64,000 nucleotides of DNA from Gemmatimonadota bacterium (GTDB lineage Bacteria > Gemmatimonadota > Gemmatimonadetes > Palauibacterales > KS3-K002): positions 3,847-67,846 of the forward strand of contig JBDHJS010000032.1 in assembly GCA_039586795.1 (NCBI GenBank). The letters are read 5' to 3'. Within the stretch, counting starts at the first letter, position 1. Every line of letters begins with the position of its first letter. Shown piece after piece: positions 8,073 through 17,032 of this stretch. The notes under the pieces were generated by a model that was not told the DNA's origin, searched no databases, and was given only the letters and a program-made list of their open reading frames with translations. The position numbers were made by a program, and so were the translations under genes.

Positions 8073-9776
8073 ATGGACAAGATTGTAGAATGCGTACCTA
8101 ACTTCTCAGAAGGTCGCAGCGACTCCGTCATAAAGGAGATCACCGACGTAATAGAAGCCGTCGCTGGAGTCCGTTTGCTTGACGTGGATCCCGGTCGCGA
8201 CACGAATAGGACGGTCGTGACCTTCGTCGGCGAGCCCGAGACTGTGGAGGAAGCGGCATTCCGAGCGGTGGAGCGTGCGTCTCAGGTGATAGACATGCGT
8301 CAGCATCAGGGGGCGCATCCGAGGTTCGGCGCCACCGATGTATGTCCTTTTGTTCCGGTATCCGGCGTCACGATGGACGATTGCGCGGAAATGGCGAGGC
8401 GCGTCGGAAAGCGAATCGGAGATGAGTTGGGGATTCCCGTGTATCTGTACGAGCACGCGGCGAGCCGGCCCGAGCGCCAGAACCTGGCTAAGGTTCGGGC
8501 TGGAGAATATGAAGGGCTGCCTGAGAAGCTCAAAGATCCCAAGTGGGCGCCAGATTTCGGGCCGGCCGAGTTCAATCCGACGGCAGGTGTTACGGCAGTC
8601 GGCGCGCGTGAATTTCTCATTGCCTACAACATCAATCTCAACACCACCGACCGGCGTTATGCCAACGAGATCGCTTACGTGATCCGTGAGCGTGGCCGGT
8701 GGAAAAGGGTGGGGAATACGGAGCCGTTCTACTATAAGGGCGATGTGGTTCGCTTTCCGGAGGATGGAACTTACCCCTGCGGCCCGTGCGGCTTCGTAGC
8801 GAGTTCTTTCGCCGAACTCGAAAAGCACTATCGAGACGAACATGGAGGCGATCTTCGTCAGCGCTACGAAGATCTGGCTATCGGTGTCGAGAACCCGAGC
8901 GGTCCGGTCTTCAACGACGGGAAGTTCACTAAGCGCGGGATCGTGATCACCGGCTCGGAGGTCGTCGGGGTGGTGCCTTACGAGGCGATGCGCGAGGCCG
9001 CCGTCTTCTATCTTAAGCGCATGCAGAAGTCGACGGGATTGCCGGTGCCGGATTTGATGGAGACGGCCATCCAGTCGATGGGGCTTCGCGATGTGGCGGC
9101 GTTCGACGCAGAAGAAAAAATCCTCGGTGTGCCACGTATGGATGGGCCGTTGGTCAATCGCTCGACCTATGACTTCGTCGATGAGGTGTCGCGCGACACG
9201 CCGGCGCCAGGCGGTGGATCGGTGGCGGCGCTCGCTGGAGCGTTGGGAGGTGCGTTGGCCGGGATGGTCGCGAACCTGTCGGTCGGCAAGGGAGAATTCG
9301 ACCCGCACTATGAGAAGCTGTGCTCGATCGCTGAACGTGCTCAGCAGGTGAAGGACGCTCTCGTGCGTGGCGTCGATGACGATACGAGCGCTTTCGATCT
9401 CGTGATTGAAGCGATGCGGATGCCGAAGGATACCGAGGAAGAAAGGGCTGTCCGTCAGGAAGCGATGCAGGTGGGGTATAAGGCGGCCACCCGGGTGCCG
9501 CTGAAGACGGTGGAGGACTGTCGACAGGCGCTCGACCTGTGTGTGGAGATGGCCGCGATCGCCGATCCGGAAATGGTCAGCGACGTCGGTACCGGCGCCC
9601 ACATGGCCGGTGCCGGCGCTCATGCTGCTGCTTACAACGTGCGCATCAACCTGCGTCATATCTCCGATGATTCTTTCGTTGGTGAAATGCGATCAGCGGT
9701 CGAGCGACTGATTGGGGAGTGCGATGCTTTGAAGGCCGAGGCCGTGGCCAAGGTCGAGGAGGTGCTCGGCGGGTGA
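8073..9776 (+). CDS. ftcD: bifunctional glutamate formimidoyltransferase / formimidoyl-THF cyclodeaminase (FTCD-like)
   Basis: N-terminus MDKIVECVPNFSEGR, then HPRFGATDVCPFVP. The cyclodeaminase half contains TPAPGGGSVAALAGALGGALAGMV. Confidence 0.85.
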   Translation: MDKIVECVPNFSEGRSDSVIKEITDVIEAVAGVRLLDVDPGRDTNRTVVTFVGEPETVEEAAFRAVERASQVIDMRQHQGAHPRFGATDVCPFVPVSGVTMDDCAEMARRVGKRIGDELGIPVYLYEHAASRPERQNLAKVRAGEYEGLPEKLKDPKWAPDFGPAEFNPTAGVTAVGAREFLIAYNINLNTTDRRYANEIAYVIRERGRWKRVGNTEPFYYKGDVVRFPEDGTYPCGPCGFVASSFAELEKHYRDEHGGDLRQRYEDLAIGVENPSGPVFNDGKFTKRGIVITGSEVVGVVPYEAMREAAVFYLKRMQKSTGLPVPDLMETAIQSMGLRDVAAFDAEEKILGVPRMDGPLVNRSTYDFVDEVSRDTPAPGGGSVAALAGALGGALAGMVANLSVGKGEFDPHYEKLCSIAERAQQVKDALVRGVDDDTSAFDLVIEAMRMPKDTEEERAVRQEAMQVGYKAATRVPLKTVEDCRQALDLCVEMAAIADPEMVSDVGTGAHMAGAGAHAAAYNVRINLRHISDDSFVGEMRSAVERLIGECDALKAEAVAKVEEVLGG

Positions 9777-10054
9777 CTCCTGGGGAAGCGGCCGACGAGT
9801 TGCGCGAGGAGATCGAGGCCGCGCTCGTCGGCATCGGAAGAGCTTCTGCGGTGCGAGTCCAGTCTGTTGAGCCGCCGGAAGACCTCGGCGCCGATACTTG
9901 CTTCCAGGTCACCATCGTTAGCGAACGAGGCTCCGGAGCCTTTGATCTGCCCACAGGTCTCGCCATGGCTTATCTAGCGGATGAGGAGGCTGCTGTAGAT
10001 GAGTTCAAGCTCTGGTTGCAGTCACTCCTGGTCGGAAGAGACGACGTGGACTGA
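9773..10054 (+). CDS. hypothetical small acidic protein
   Basis: GTG overlaps the ftcD stop (GTGA). 93 aa with no motif recognised. Confidence 0.35.
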   Translation: MTPGEAADELREEIEAALVGIGRASAVRVQSVEPPEDLGADTCFQVTIVSERGSGAFDLPTGLAMAYLADEEAAVDEFKLWLQSLLVGRDDVD

Positions 10055-10210
10055 GGCCGTCGGTGGTTCTTCTCTCGCAACCACGGTGGCGCAACTGAAG
10101 GTTTGTGAGTAGCTTACGAGGTCAGCCGAAGGCTGCACACCCGCCGTCCCGATGCCGAATGCTCAACCGAAGACCAAACCAAGACAGATGACTACCGGGC
10201 GGAGGCTAGG

Positions 10211-10654
10211 ATGCGTCGCACAACGCTTGAGGTAATCCTCCTCATCGCTTTCATCGTCGCAGAAGGCGCGGTTCTCTACTATCTGGAAGATCCCGCGGCC
10301 CGACTCAGCATCGGCGTCCTTCTTCTCGCGCCTCTTGTGTGGCTTTCCTCTCGTCTGGGCCTGGCCGACCTGGCAAGCCAATCGCCGGCGGCGCGAATTC
10401 ACAAGCGTCGGTTCACGCGACTCCGCGGGCAGGTGCAACAGTTACTCGATGAAATCAGACGCCTCAACTGGATGGCGGTAGATGCCGAGCGCGGTTTCCG
10501 AAACCAGGACACGGCGCTGCGCGAGATGGACCTGATAGAAGATCGCCTGAAGGAGTTGATTCAGGAAATCAGAATCACCGCCGGTCAGATGGCGGCTGAG
10601 GCCGAGAGCAAGGTAGGTGTGGAAGATGCGGGGGAAGGGGCTCCGGCTACCTGA
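10211..10654 (+). CDS. membrane protein with cytoplasmic coiled coil (paralog of 12322-12909)
   Basis: Two N-terminal hydrophobic helices, then RRFTRLRGQVQQLLDEIRRLNWMAVDAERG...LKELIQEIRITAG. This aligns with the 12322-12909 product. Confidence 0.55.
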   Translation: MRRTTLEVILLIAFIVAEGAVLYYLEDPAARLSIGVLLLAPLVWLSSRLGLADLASQSPAARIHKRRFTRLRGQVQQLLDEIRRLNWMAVDAERGFRNQDTALREMDLIEDRLKELIQEIRITAGQMAAEAESKVGVEDAGEGAPAT

Positions 10655-10735
10655 TCCACACGAAAGAGGCAGTGTCGCAACTCCCCCGCGCCTGAAAACG
10701 AGGCTGAACGCCCAGCACTCCAGTCGCAGGCATTC

Positions 10736-12193
10736 ATGAGTCCCAACATACTCGAGATATTCGCTTCCGATTCGCGCAAGTATCTGGATCGCCTACAGGA
10801 CGCGTTGAACGCAGAAGGCGGGGCAGACATTGACGGTCTGCGTCGCGCCTCGCGGCGGCTGCACCATGCGGCGGTTCTGGCCAATCACGCGCCTGTCATC
10901 GACGCGGCCCAGGCCGTGCAGAAGGCGACGGTCCAAGTGATCGCGGGAAAGCGCGACCTGACCGATGACCTTCTCATCTCCTTGCAGTTAACCGTCGACG
11001 CCATGGATGCGGTAGTAAAATCTCTACCTGACGGTGATGGTCAGGCTGAGGATAGCCTGAGACAGGCGGCCGGTACGCTGATGAGTGGCCCGGCGGACGT
11101 GGCGATGGCGCCGGAGGTCGAAGTAGAGACGGGAGGGGATTCGGCGTCGGACACACTGGAGCTCGATGAAGCCGGCGCCGTGTTGGGCGCTTTGATCGAC
11201 GACCTGGGTGACGCCATCGAGCGACTGGGTAACGATCCGCGAGACCGTGAACCGCTCAAGGTCATGCTGCGCAAGATCCGCCGGCTGCGCGACCTGGGCC
11301 GAATCGAAGTTCTGTCAGCAGAGGACAAGGCGTTGAGCGCGGTTGAGGAGTTGATCCTGCAGATCGCAGATCTCAACGCGACCGTCGGTCCTGGCTACCT
11401 CACGGTATTCAGACACGCCAAGGAAGTACTTGAAGGGATGCAGGCGGACGATTCAGGGGCGCCGTCCGTCGATCAGGTCAGTGGGCGTGCGGTCGAAGTC
11501 GATCGTCTCAAAGAGAGCGTGATGGAAAAGGCGCGCCGGGCGCGCCTTGTCGTATGGGTGAGCGATCTGTTCTTCCCGGAAGGGCCACACATAGTGGAAT
11601 GCCCTACTGCAATAGACCAGGCTGGATCCGCGGAGAACTACTTCATGAAGGAGGCTTCGCAGCGCCTGGAGCGGTGCGAAAGCCTGCAAGAGAAGATGCT
11701 CGAGTCGAACCCCGAGCAGATGAGGTTGGCCGGGGAATCGCTGGCCCACACGCTCCGGCATCTGCGCGAACGTGCTGCGGCGTTCAACCATATGACGATG
11801 GGGCGCGTGACTCGACGCGCCGCCGCGGCCTTGCGCGCTCAACTCGTTAAACCGCCGTCCCAGGTTCGCGGCATCGCGGCCGGCCTCGGCGATGTGCTGG
11901 CCTCACTGAGGGTCTACCTTGAGAACGACGACGAGGCCGTGCGTGCGCAAGCCGTAAGAGATGCTGAAGCGGCTTTGAGCGTAGCGATTCTGGGGGGCGA
12001 GCCGCAGAGTGAACCGGAAGAACCAGAATTCGATCCGGACGCGGCACTACAGCAGGCGCTCGCACTCCGGACTCGGGTTGATGGAAGGCTCAAGCGGTTG
12101 AGCGGACCGGACGCCGAAGGTTTACGAAGCGATCTCGAAGAGCTCTTCGACCTGATCGCGCTCTATGTGGCGGCGTCGGCCGAACACCACTGA
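10736..12193 (+). CDS. hypothetical protein with three degenerate Hpt-like helical modules
   Basis: 485 aa, helical and acidic. Three segments follow the Hpt pattern F..E....L..L...L...H(L/A)... but with non-canonical motif residues. Confidence 0.55.
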   Translation: MSPNILEIFASDSRKYLDRLQDALNAEGGADIDGLRRASRRLHHAAVLANHAPVIDAAQAVQKATVQVIAGKRDLTDDLLISLQLTVDAMDAVVKSLPDGDGQAEDSLRQAAGTLMSGPADVAMAPEVEVETGGDSASDTLELDEAGAVLGALIDDLGDAIERLGNDPRDREPLKVMLRKIRRLRDLGRIEVLSAEDKALSAVEELILQIADLNATVGPGYLTVFRHAKEVLEGMQADDSGAPSVDQVSGRAVEVDRLKESVMEKARRARLVVWVSDLFFPEGPHIVECPTAIDQAGSAENYFMKEASQRLERCESLQEKMLESNPEQMRLAGESLAHTLRHLRERAAAFNHMTMGRVTRRAAAALRAQLVKPPSQVRGIAAGLGDVLASLRVYLENDDEAVRAQAVRDAEAALSVAILGGEPQSEPEEPEFDPDAALQQALALRTRVDGRLKRLSGPDAEGLRSDLEELFDLIALYVAASAEHH

Positions 12194-12239
12194 GCAATCG
12201 TCAATTGCCAGGTGGTAGATCCGCAGACAAAATCACTCA

Positions 12240-12270
12240 GGGGAGCCGGAACTCACGTTCTAGGCTCCCC
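12240..12270. terminator. GC-rich hairpin between convergent genes (possible bidirectional terminator)
   Basis: GGGGAGCC-N15-GGCTCCCC. There is no strong U-tract. Confidence 0.4.
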
Positions 12271-12321
12271 CGAGTGTCTATCTGCATCCGTCCGCGCTGC
12301 CGATTAGGGTCCTGACGGATC

Positions 12322-12909
12322 TCAGTCTTCCTGCTTGCGCTTGTCAGATTCGTCTCGCTTCGCTATCGCCTGAGCCTCCAGGGCGTCAAGCATCCGGTCG
12401 GTGTCATCGGCTGGCGTCGGTGTGTCACCGTGTGCTTTGGGCATCACGACCTGTTGGCTGCTGACCGAAGGTGCTGCTTTCTCGGGAGGGGTCGGCACGC
12501 CGGCCGACTTGCGGATCTCGTCCGTCATTTCCCGCAATGTTGCTGCCATCCGGTCCAGTTCGGCATGAGCGTGGCGCGGAGCGATCTTACCCTCTCGCCC
12601 CTCCACGGCGACGCGGTTCATGTCTCGTACCTGGTCGAGCATGCGATCGGTGGTGGAGCGCAGACGGCCGTACTTTCGCCTGTCCAATCCGCCGCTCTTC
12701 TCCTGGATCTTGTCGAGCAGTGGATTCTCGACCTCAGGCTCTTCCCGGGCCTGCGATAGGTAGATAACGAACACGTAGATAATCAGGACAGCCAGAACGC
12801 GCAGGAAGGGGTCCGGAAGGACGATGATTGCCAGGGCGAGGAGGATGCCACCGAACATGACAACCGCCCAGTTGATCACTCCGGTCTCGGCTGGCTTTCG
12901 CTCGGCCAT
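12322..12909 (-). CDS. membrane protein with cytoplasmic coiled coil (paralog of 10211-10654)
   Basis: ATG at 12909 with GGAGG about 8 nt upstream. Two hydrophobic helices, then RKYGRLRSTTDRMLDQVRDMNRVAVEGREG...LREMTDEIRKSAG. Confidence 0.6.
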   Translation of the reverse strand: MAERKPAETGVINWAVVMFGGILLALAIIVLPDPFLRVLAVLIIYVFVIYLSQAREEPEVENPLLDKIQEKSGGLDRRKYGRLRSTTDRMLDQVRDMNRVAVEGREGKIAPRHAHAELDRMAATLREMTDEIRKSAGVPTPPEKAAPSVSSQQVVMPKAHGDTPTPADDTDRMLDALEAQAIAKRDESDKRKQED

Positions 12910-13095
12910 CGGTAAGGGCCTCCAGCTGGTCAAGGACTGTGGTCAGGCTCCGAGGGAGCGGCGGCAGGCTATAATACAATGCAACGGTACGGCCGGCAGC
13001 GCCAGTGTGGCGTGCGATTGCGCGAAAGGGGCTGGTTGTCCGATCTTCCTTTGTGTCTAGGCCGTGAGCGGCTCGACCATAACCTTGGAGCAGGC

Positions 13096-14853
13096 ATGGG
13101 CAAGGCACTACCCGCTGATGATCAAGTGATTCGCGTGGCGCTCTGCCAGCACAACATGATCGTCGGCGACATCGACGGAAACGTTGGCAGGATCAGGCGT
13201 GCCCTGGCCGATGTCCGCGAAGTGGGTGCGGATCTGGTGCTCTTCCCGGAGCTCACAGTCACAGGCTACCCGCCCGAGGACCTGCTGCTCAAGCCGCATT
13301 TCGCGGAAGAAGCTGAGGCGGCGCTGGCCGATCTGGCGGCTGATGTGCAGGATGTCGTCGCGATCATTGGCTTTCCGGAGCTGCACGATGACTTGTTCAA
13401 CACGGCGGCCGTGGTCACTGGCGGCGAGGTCGCGGCGACCTACCGGAAGCGATACCTGCCCAACTACGGGCCGTTCGATGAGCAGCGGTACTTCGCGCGG
13501 GGGGAAGAAGCTCTGGTGCTGGATATGGACGGCGTGAAGGTCGGTGTCACCATCTGTGAAGATCTCTGGTACCCCGGTGGTCCGGCGCAGTGGTCGGTGA
13601 TCGACGGAAAAGCGGATGTGATCGTTAACATGTCAGCATCGCCGTACAGCCGGGGCAAGGGCATCTCCCGCGAGCAGATGCTCGCGACGCGATGTGAGGA
13701 CTACCGCTGCTACCTGGCGTTCTGCAACACGGTGGGCGGCCAGGACGAGCTGGTGTTCGATGGACACAGCGTGGTGATCGATCCGCGCGGCGAAGTGCTC
13801 GGGCGCTGCCGGCAGTTCGAGGACGACACCTTGGTGATCGATCTCGACTTGCGCGGCGTATCGCGTCGTAGGCTGCACGATCCACGCTGGCGGCAGCGGC
13901 CGGCCGTTGCTGCCGAGCGAGTTCGAGTGGTGCCGGTTCGCCGGTCGCGGCGACAGAAGCCGGAGCTCGAGGAACGTGTTTGGGTCGAGCCATTGGGGCC
14001 CGAGGCCGAAGTGTACGAAGCGCTCAAGTTCGGCACCAGAGAGTACTACAGAAAGAACGATTTCCAGCATGTCGTGCTTGGTCTGTCGGGTGGGATCGAT
14101 TCTGCGTTGACATTGGCCGTCGCCGTCGATGCGCTGGGTGCGGACGCAGTAACCGCCGTGTCCATGCCGTCGCGTCACACGGCTGACCATAACCGTGAAG
14201 ACGCGGTAGAGTGTGCACGTCGCGCTGGCGTCGAATTCCTCGAGATCCCTATCGATGGGGTCTTCAATTGCTATCTGGATGCGCTGCAGGGTCCATTCGA
14301 GGGGACCCAATCAAACGTTGCCGAGGAGAACATACAGGCTCGCATTCGTGGTAACCTGCTGATGGCGCTGTCCAACAAGTTCGGGTGGTTGGTGTTGGCG
14401 ACGGGTAATAAGAGCGAGTACAGCGTTGGTTACGCCACCCTCTACGGTGATATGGCAGGGGGCTTCGCCGTCCTAAAAGACGTGCCAAAGACTTGGGTCT
14501 ATCGGCTAGCTCGCTGGCGGAATGCAGAGAGACAGATCATGCCGGAAAGCGTGATCGAAAAGGCACCGACAGCCGAGTTAAGGGAAGAGCAGCTGGATAC
14601 AGACAACTTGCCGCCGTACGAGATTCTAGATCCGATTTTGGAGGCGTACGTGGAAGAAGATCGTGCGCCGGAGGAAATCGAGAAGCTCGGGTTCGATCGG
14701 AAGTTGGTCAATTCAGTAATCGAGATGATCGATAGGGCGGAGTATAAGCGCAGGCAAGCACCGCCCGGCATTCGTATCTCGGCGCGATCGTTTGGAAAGG
14801 ACCGGCGCTTGCCGATCACCAACCGATATCGGCCGGCGAACGGTCCAGATTAG
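13096..14853 (+). CDS. nadE: glutamine-dependent NAD+ synthetase (CN-hydrolase + NAD synthetase domains)
   Basis: Nitrilase-type LVLFPELTVTGYP and ICEDLWYP, plus PP-loop LGLSGGIDS. ATG at 13096 (MGKALPADD) is preferred over the longer ORF. Confidence 0.9.
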   Translation: MGKALPADDQVIRVALCQHNMIVGDIDGNVGRIRRALADVREVGADLVLFPELTVTGYPPEDLLLKPHFAEEAEAALADLAADVQDVVAIIGFPELHDDLFNTAAVVTGGEVAATYRKRYLPNYGPFDEQRYFARGEEALVLDMDGVKVGVTICEDLWYPGGPAQWSVIDGKADVIVNMSASPYSRGKGISREQMLATRCEDYRCYLAFCNTVGGQDELVFDGHSVVIDPRGEVLGRCRQFEDDTLVIDLDLRGVSRRRLHDPRWRQRPAVAAERVRVVPVRRSRRQKPELEERVWVEPLGPEAEVYEALKFGTREYYRKNDFQHVVLGLSGGIDSALTLAVAVDALGADAVTAVSMPSRHTADHNREDAVECARRAGVEFLEIPIDGVFNCYLDALQGPFEGTQSNVAEENIQARIRGNLLMALSNKFGWLVLATGNKSEYSVGYATLYGDMAGGFAVLKDVPKTWVYRLARWRNAERQIMPESVIEKAPTAELREEQLDTDNLPPYEILDPILEAYVEEDRAPEEIEKLGFDRKLVNSVIEMIDRAEYKRRQAPPGIRISARSFGKDRRLPITNRYRPANGPD

Positions 14854-14872
14854 CGCCCTGCTTCCCGAACAT

Positions 14873-15346
14873 TCACTCTTCCAACTCGCTGGCCACAGCG
14901 CGAACATCTAAGTCGCCGCCCTCCTTGGCCACCGAAAGTACGATCGACGTGTTCGTGCCTTCGATCTCCGGATGCGATAGCACACGCTTGATCTCCTTAT
15001 TCATGCTCTCTTCATCCGGATACTTGCCGATCACCAGCACGTCGTAGTCGCCAGTAATCTCGTAGACGTCGACGAGTGTCTCCTCCTTGATCAGCTCGTC
15101 GACTATCCGCGCGATCTCCGCACCGCGCGCCTTGATCTTGGTGATGGCTGTAAGCCGGTAGCCGAGCTTCCCGTAATCAAGGACCGGCTTGTAACCCTTG
15201 ATCACACCGTTCGCCTCCATTCCCTTCACACGCTGGCTTACGGTAGATGTAGAGACGTTCAACCGCTCGGCGATGGCGCGAAGTGAGGCGCGGCCGTCGC
15301 GGCGCAGCTCTTCCAGGATGTCGAGGTCCAATCCTATGTGGGTCAT
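14873..15346 (-). CDS. Lrp/AsnC-family transcriptional regulator
   Basis: N-terminal [40 protein letters not shown], plus a C-terminal AsnC-type ligand-binding domain. Confidence 0.9.
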   Translation of the reverse strand: MTHIGLDLDILEELRRDGRASLRAIAERLNVSTSTVSQRVKGMEANGVIKGYKPVLDYGKLGYRLTAITKIKARGAEIARIVDELIKEETLVDVYEITGDYDVLVIGKYPDEESMNKEIKRVLSHPEIEGTNTSIVLSVAKEGGDLDVRAVASELEE

Positions 15347-15353
15347 GGTTCGT

Positions 15354-15388
15354 TAGACGGTAGACGGTAGACGGTTGACGGTAGACGG
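15354..15388. repeat. five tandem heptamers TAGACGG (fourth copy TTGACGG)
   Basis: Read directly: TAGACGG TAGACGG TAGACGG TTGACGG TAGACGG. The array starts 8 nt from the lrp-like start codon. Confidence 0.95.
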
Positions 15389-15543
15389 ACTGGCTGACAG
15401 CGGCGCCGACCCCGATTGTCCTATGATTGTACGCTGACAGGAGGCTACACTGCAAGATCGTCCGGTCATTGGGTCTGTTTTTGGACGAACATCTGATCCT
15501 GTGGAGTGGTGGACCCGGTACGCCACGGCCTCTATCGAAGACA

Positions 15544-15579
15544 CCGTCTACCGTCTACTGTCTACTGATCTACCGTCTA
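15544..15579. repeat. five tandem copies of the complementary heptamer CCGTCTA (variants CTGTCTA, CTGATCTA)
   Basis: Read directly: CCGTCTA CCGTCTA CTGTCTA CTGATCTA CCGTCTA. It is inverted relative to 15354-15388 and ends 24 nt before the speE-like ATG. Confidence 0.95.
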
Positions 15580-15603
15580 CGGTCCACTGAAGCGGAGAAG
15601 AGA

Positions 15604-16551
15604 ATGGCCGAGCTCGACGGGTATTGGAAGCGACTATACGAGCTGCCGGGTATCGTGAAGCGGCCTGAGCTGGCGAAGATCGATGCGCTCAAGGAGACCG
15701 GTTCGCGCGTATTGGTCGAGGAACAGACGGACTTCCAGCGGCTCTTGTTGATCGAGACGCCGAAGAAGGAACTGGTCCTGCTGCTGGATGGCGAGATACA
15801 GTTCTATGGCGGTGATGAGCACAGATTCCACGAGTCACTGGCCCTCGTTCCGTTCCTCTACCGACGTTCGTCGATCAAGCGCGTGGGCGTGATGGGCGGG
15901 GGAGACGGCCTCATCGCCCGGGAACTGTTGGGACGGTTTGGCGACGAGATCGAGCAGATCACGATCGTCGACATCGATCCGGCCGTAACGGAGATCGGAA
16001 AGACTGTTCCGCAACTCCTCGAGCTGAATAACGGGAGTCTGCTGGATGAACGTGTGGAAGTGAGGAACGCGGACGCGCTGAGCTTCGAGACGGAAGAGCC
16101 GTTCGATCTGATCCTTTGCGACCTACCAGACCCGACCAGTTCGGTTCTGGGCTGCCTCTACAACCGCGAATTCTACCAGCACCTGCAATCTCAGCTGAAC
16201 GATAGGGGGCTGATGAACGTCCAGATCATCTATGTGCCCCCGCTCTTCGATGGCGTGCTCAGTACGTTGAGAAGCGTCTTCCCGGCGGTGGAACCGTACG
16301 CGGTCTGGATGTACAGCTTCGTCCGCGCGGGCTTCGCTCTTTGTGGGTTGGAGTCGTTGGAGCGGCAGCGTGACCTGCCGAAGGGGACCCGGCATCTAAC
16401 GCCCGAAGCACTCGACCAGATGTTCTACTTTGCGCCCGACGAACCGCGGGCAGCTGTATCCGAGGTGAGTACGAATGACAACATGCTGGTCATGGAGTGG
16501 TATGAGACGTACTTGAGAGAATACTTCGAGGAGCGAATACTCTACTACTGA
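15604..16551 (+). CDS. speE: spermidine synthase-like polyamine aminopropyltransferase
   Basis: VGVMGGGDGLIAREL, VDIDP and CDLPDP motifs. ATG at 15604 (MAELDGYW) is chosen because the longer ORF would read through the repeat array. Confidence 0.8.
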   Translation: MAELDGYWKRLYELPGIVKRPELAKIDALKETGSRVLVEEQTDFQRLLLIETPKKELVLLLDGEIQFYGGDEHRFHESLALVPFLYRRSSIKRVGVMGGGDGLIARELLGRFGDEIEQITIVDIDPAVTEIGKTVPQLLELNNGSLLDERVEVRNADALSFETEEPFDLILCDLPDPTSSVLGCLYNREFYQHLQSQLNDRGLMNVQIIYVPPLFDGVLSTLRSVFPAVEPYAVWMYSFVRAGFALCGLESLERQRDLPKGTRHLTPEALDQMFYFAPDEPRAAVSEVSTNDNMLVMEWYETYLREYFEERILYY

Positions 16552-16576
16552 GTGTCATTGATGTTCGTGAATGCGA

Positions 16577-16617
16577 AACCCGTCCCGGAGGCCTAGCCCG
16601 AGGGACGGGTTCTTTGT
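16577..16617 (+). terminator. rho-independent terminator shared by convergent speE / speH
   Basis: AACCCGTCCC-N15-GGGACGGGTT, followed by CTTTGT. Confidence 0.6.
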
Positions 16618-16633
16618 CATCCGGGACCTGGAG

Positions 16634-17032
16634 TCAGGCTTCGTCGCCGTTAAGGAAGCCGCGGAAAATAAGCTCGTTCTCAGTTCGCTCTGCACCCAGC
16701 CGCTCGACAATATGGTCGCGCGCCCGCTCGGCCCGTTCTGCCATGGCGCAGCTGACGATATCCACGGAAGCGTATCCGTGTTCCGGGTAGGTGTGGATTG
16801 CGAAATGGGATTCCCGGATGGGCAAAAAAACGGTCAGGCCCTGACCCGGGTAATGGTACGAAGCCGGCTCTGCCAGGGGGTGCATCGAGGCTGCGGCTGC
16901 AGCGCCCGTCAAAACACTCCCGATGCGCTCGGGGTCGTTCAATAACTCGGAATTTACGCCGTACAACTCCAGCATCACGTGGGTCAGCACGGCGCGCTCC
17001 GTCGCCACTTCTGGTGGAGCCACCTTGTGCAT
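16634..17032 (-). CDS. speH: S-adenosylmethionine decarboxylase proenzyme (small pyruvoyl SpeH/SpeD type)
   Basis: Processing/active-site motif RESHFAIHTYPE. About 132 aa from ATG 17032 (TTG 17068 is an alternative). Confidence 0.85.
   Translation of the reverse strand: MHKVAPPEVATERAVLTHVMLELYGVNSELLNDPERIGSVLTGAAAAASMHPLAEPASYHYPGQGLTVFLPIRESHFAIHTYPEHGYASVDIVSCAMAERAERARDHIVERLGAERTENELIFRGFLNGDEA

Noticed and set aside
8106-9659. 517-aa ORF antisense to the FTCD-like gene
   Set aside because: It lies entirely inside a motif-supported gene on the other strand. The product is Arg/His/Pro-rich, as expected from reverse-frame reading of GC3-biased codons, and has no motifs.
15354-15579. Possible CRISPR array
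   Set aside because: The repeats are 7 bp, directly tandem with no spacers, and occur as two inverted blocks. There are no cas genes. This is not a CRISPR architecture.
15427-15603. 59-codon N-terminal extension of the speE-like ORF
   Set aside because: It would translate through the heptamer repeat array (PSTVYCLLIYRLRST). The ATG at 15604 gives a protein starting where spermidine-synthase-like similarity begins.
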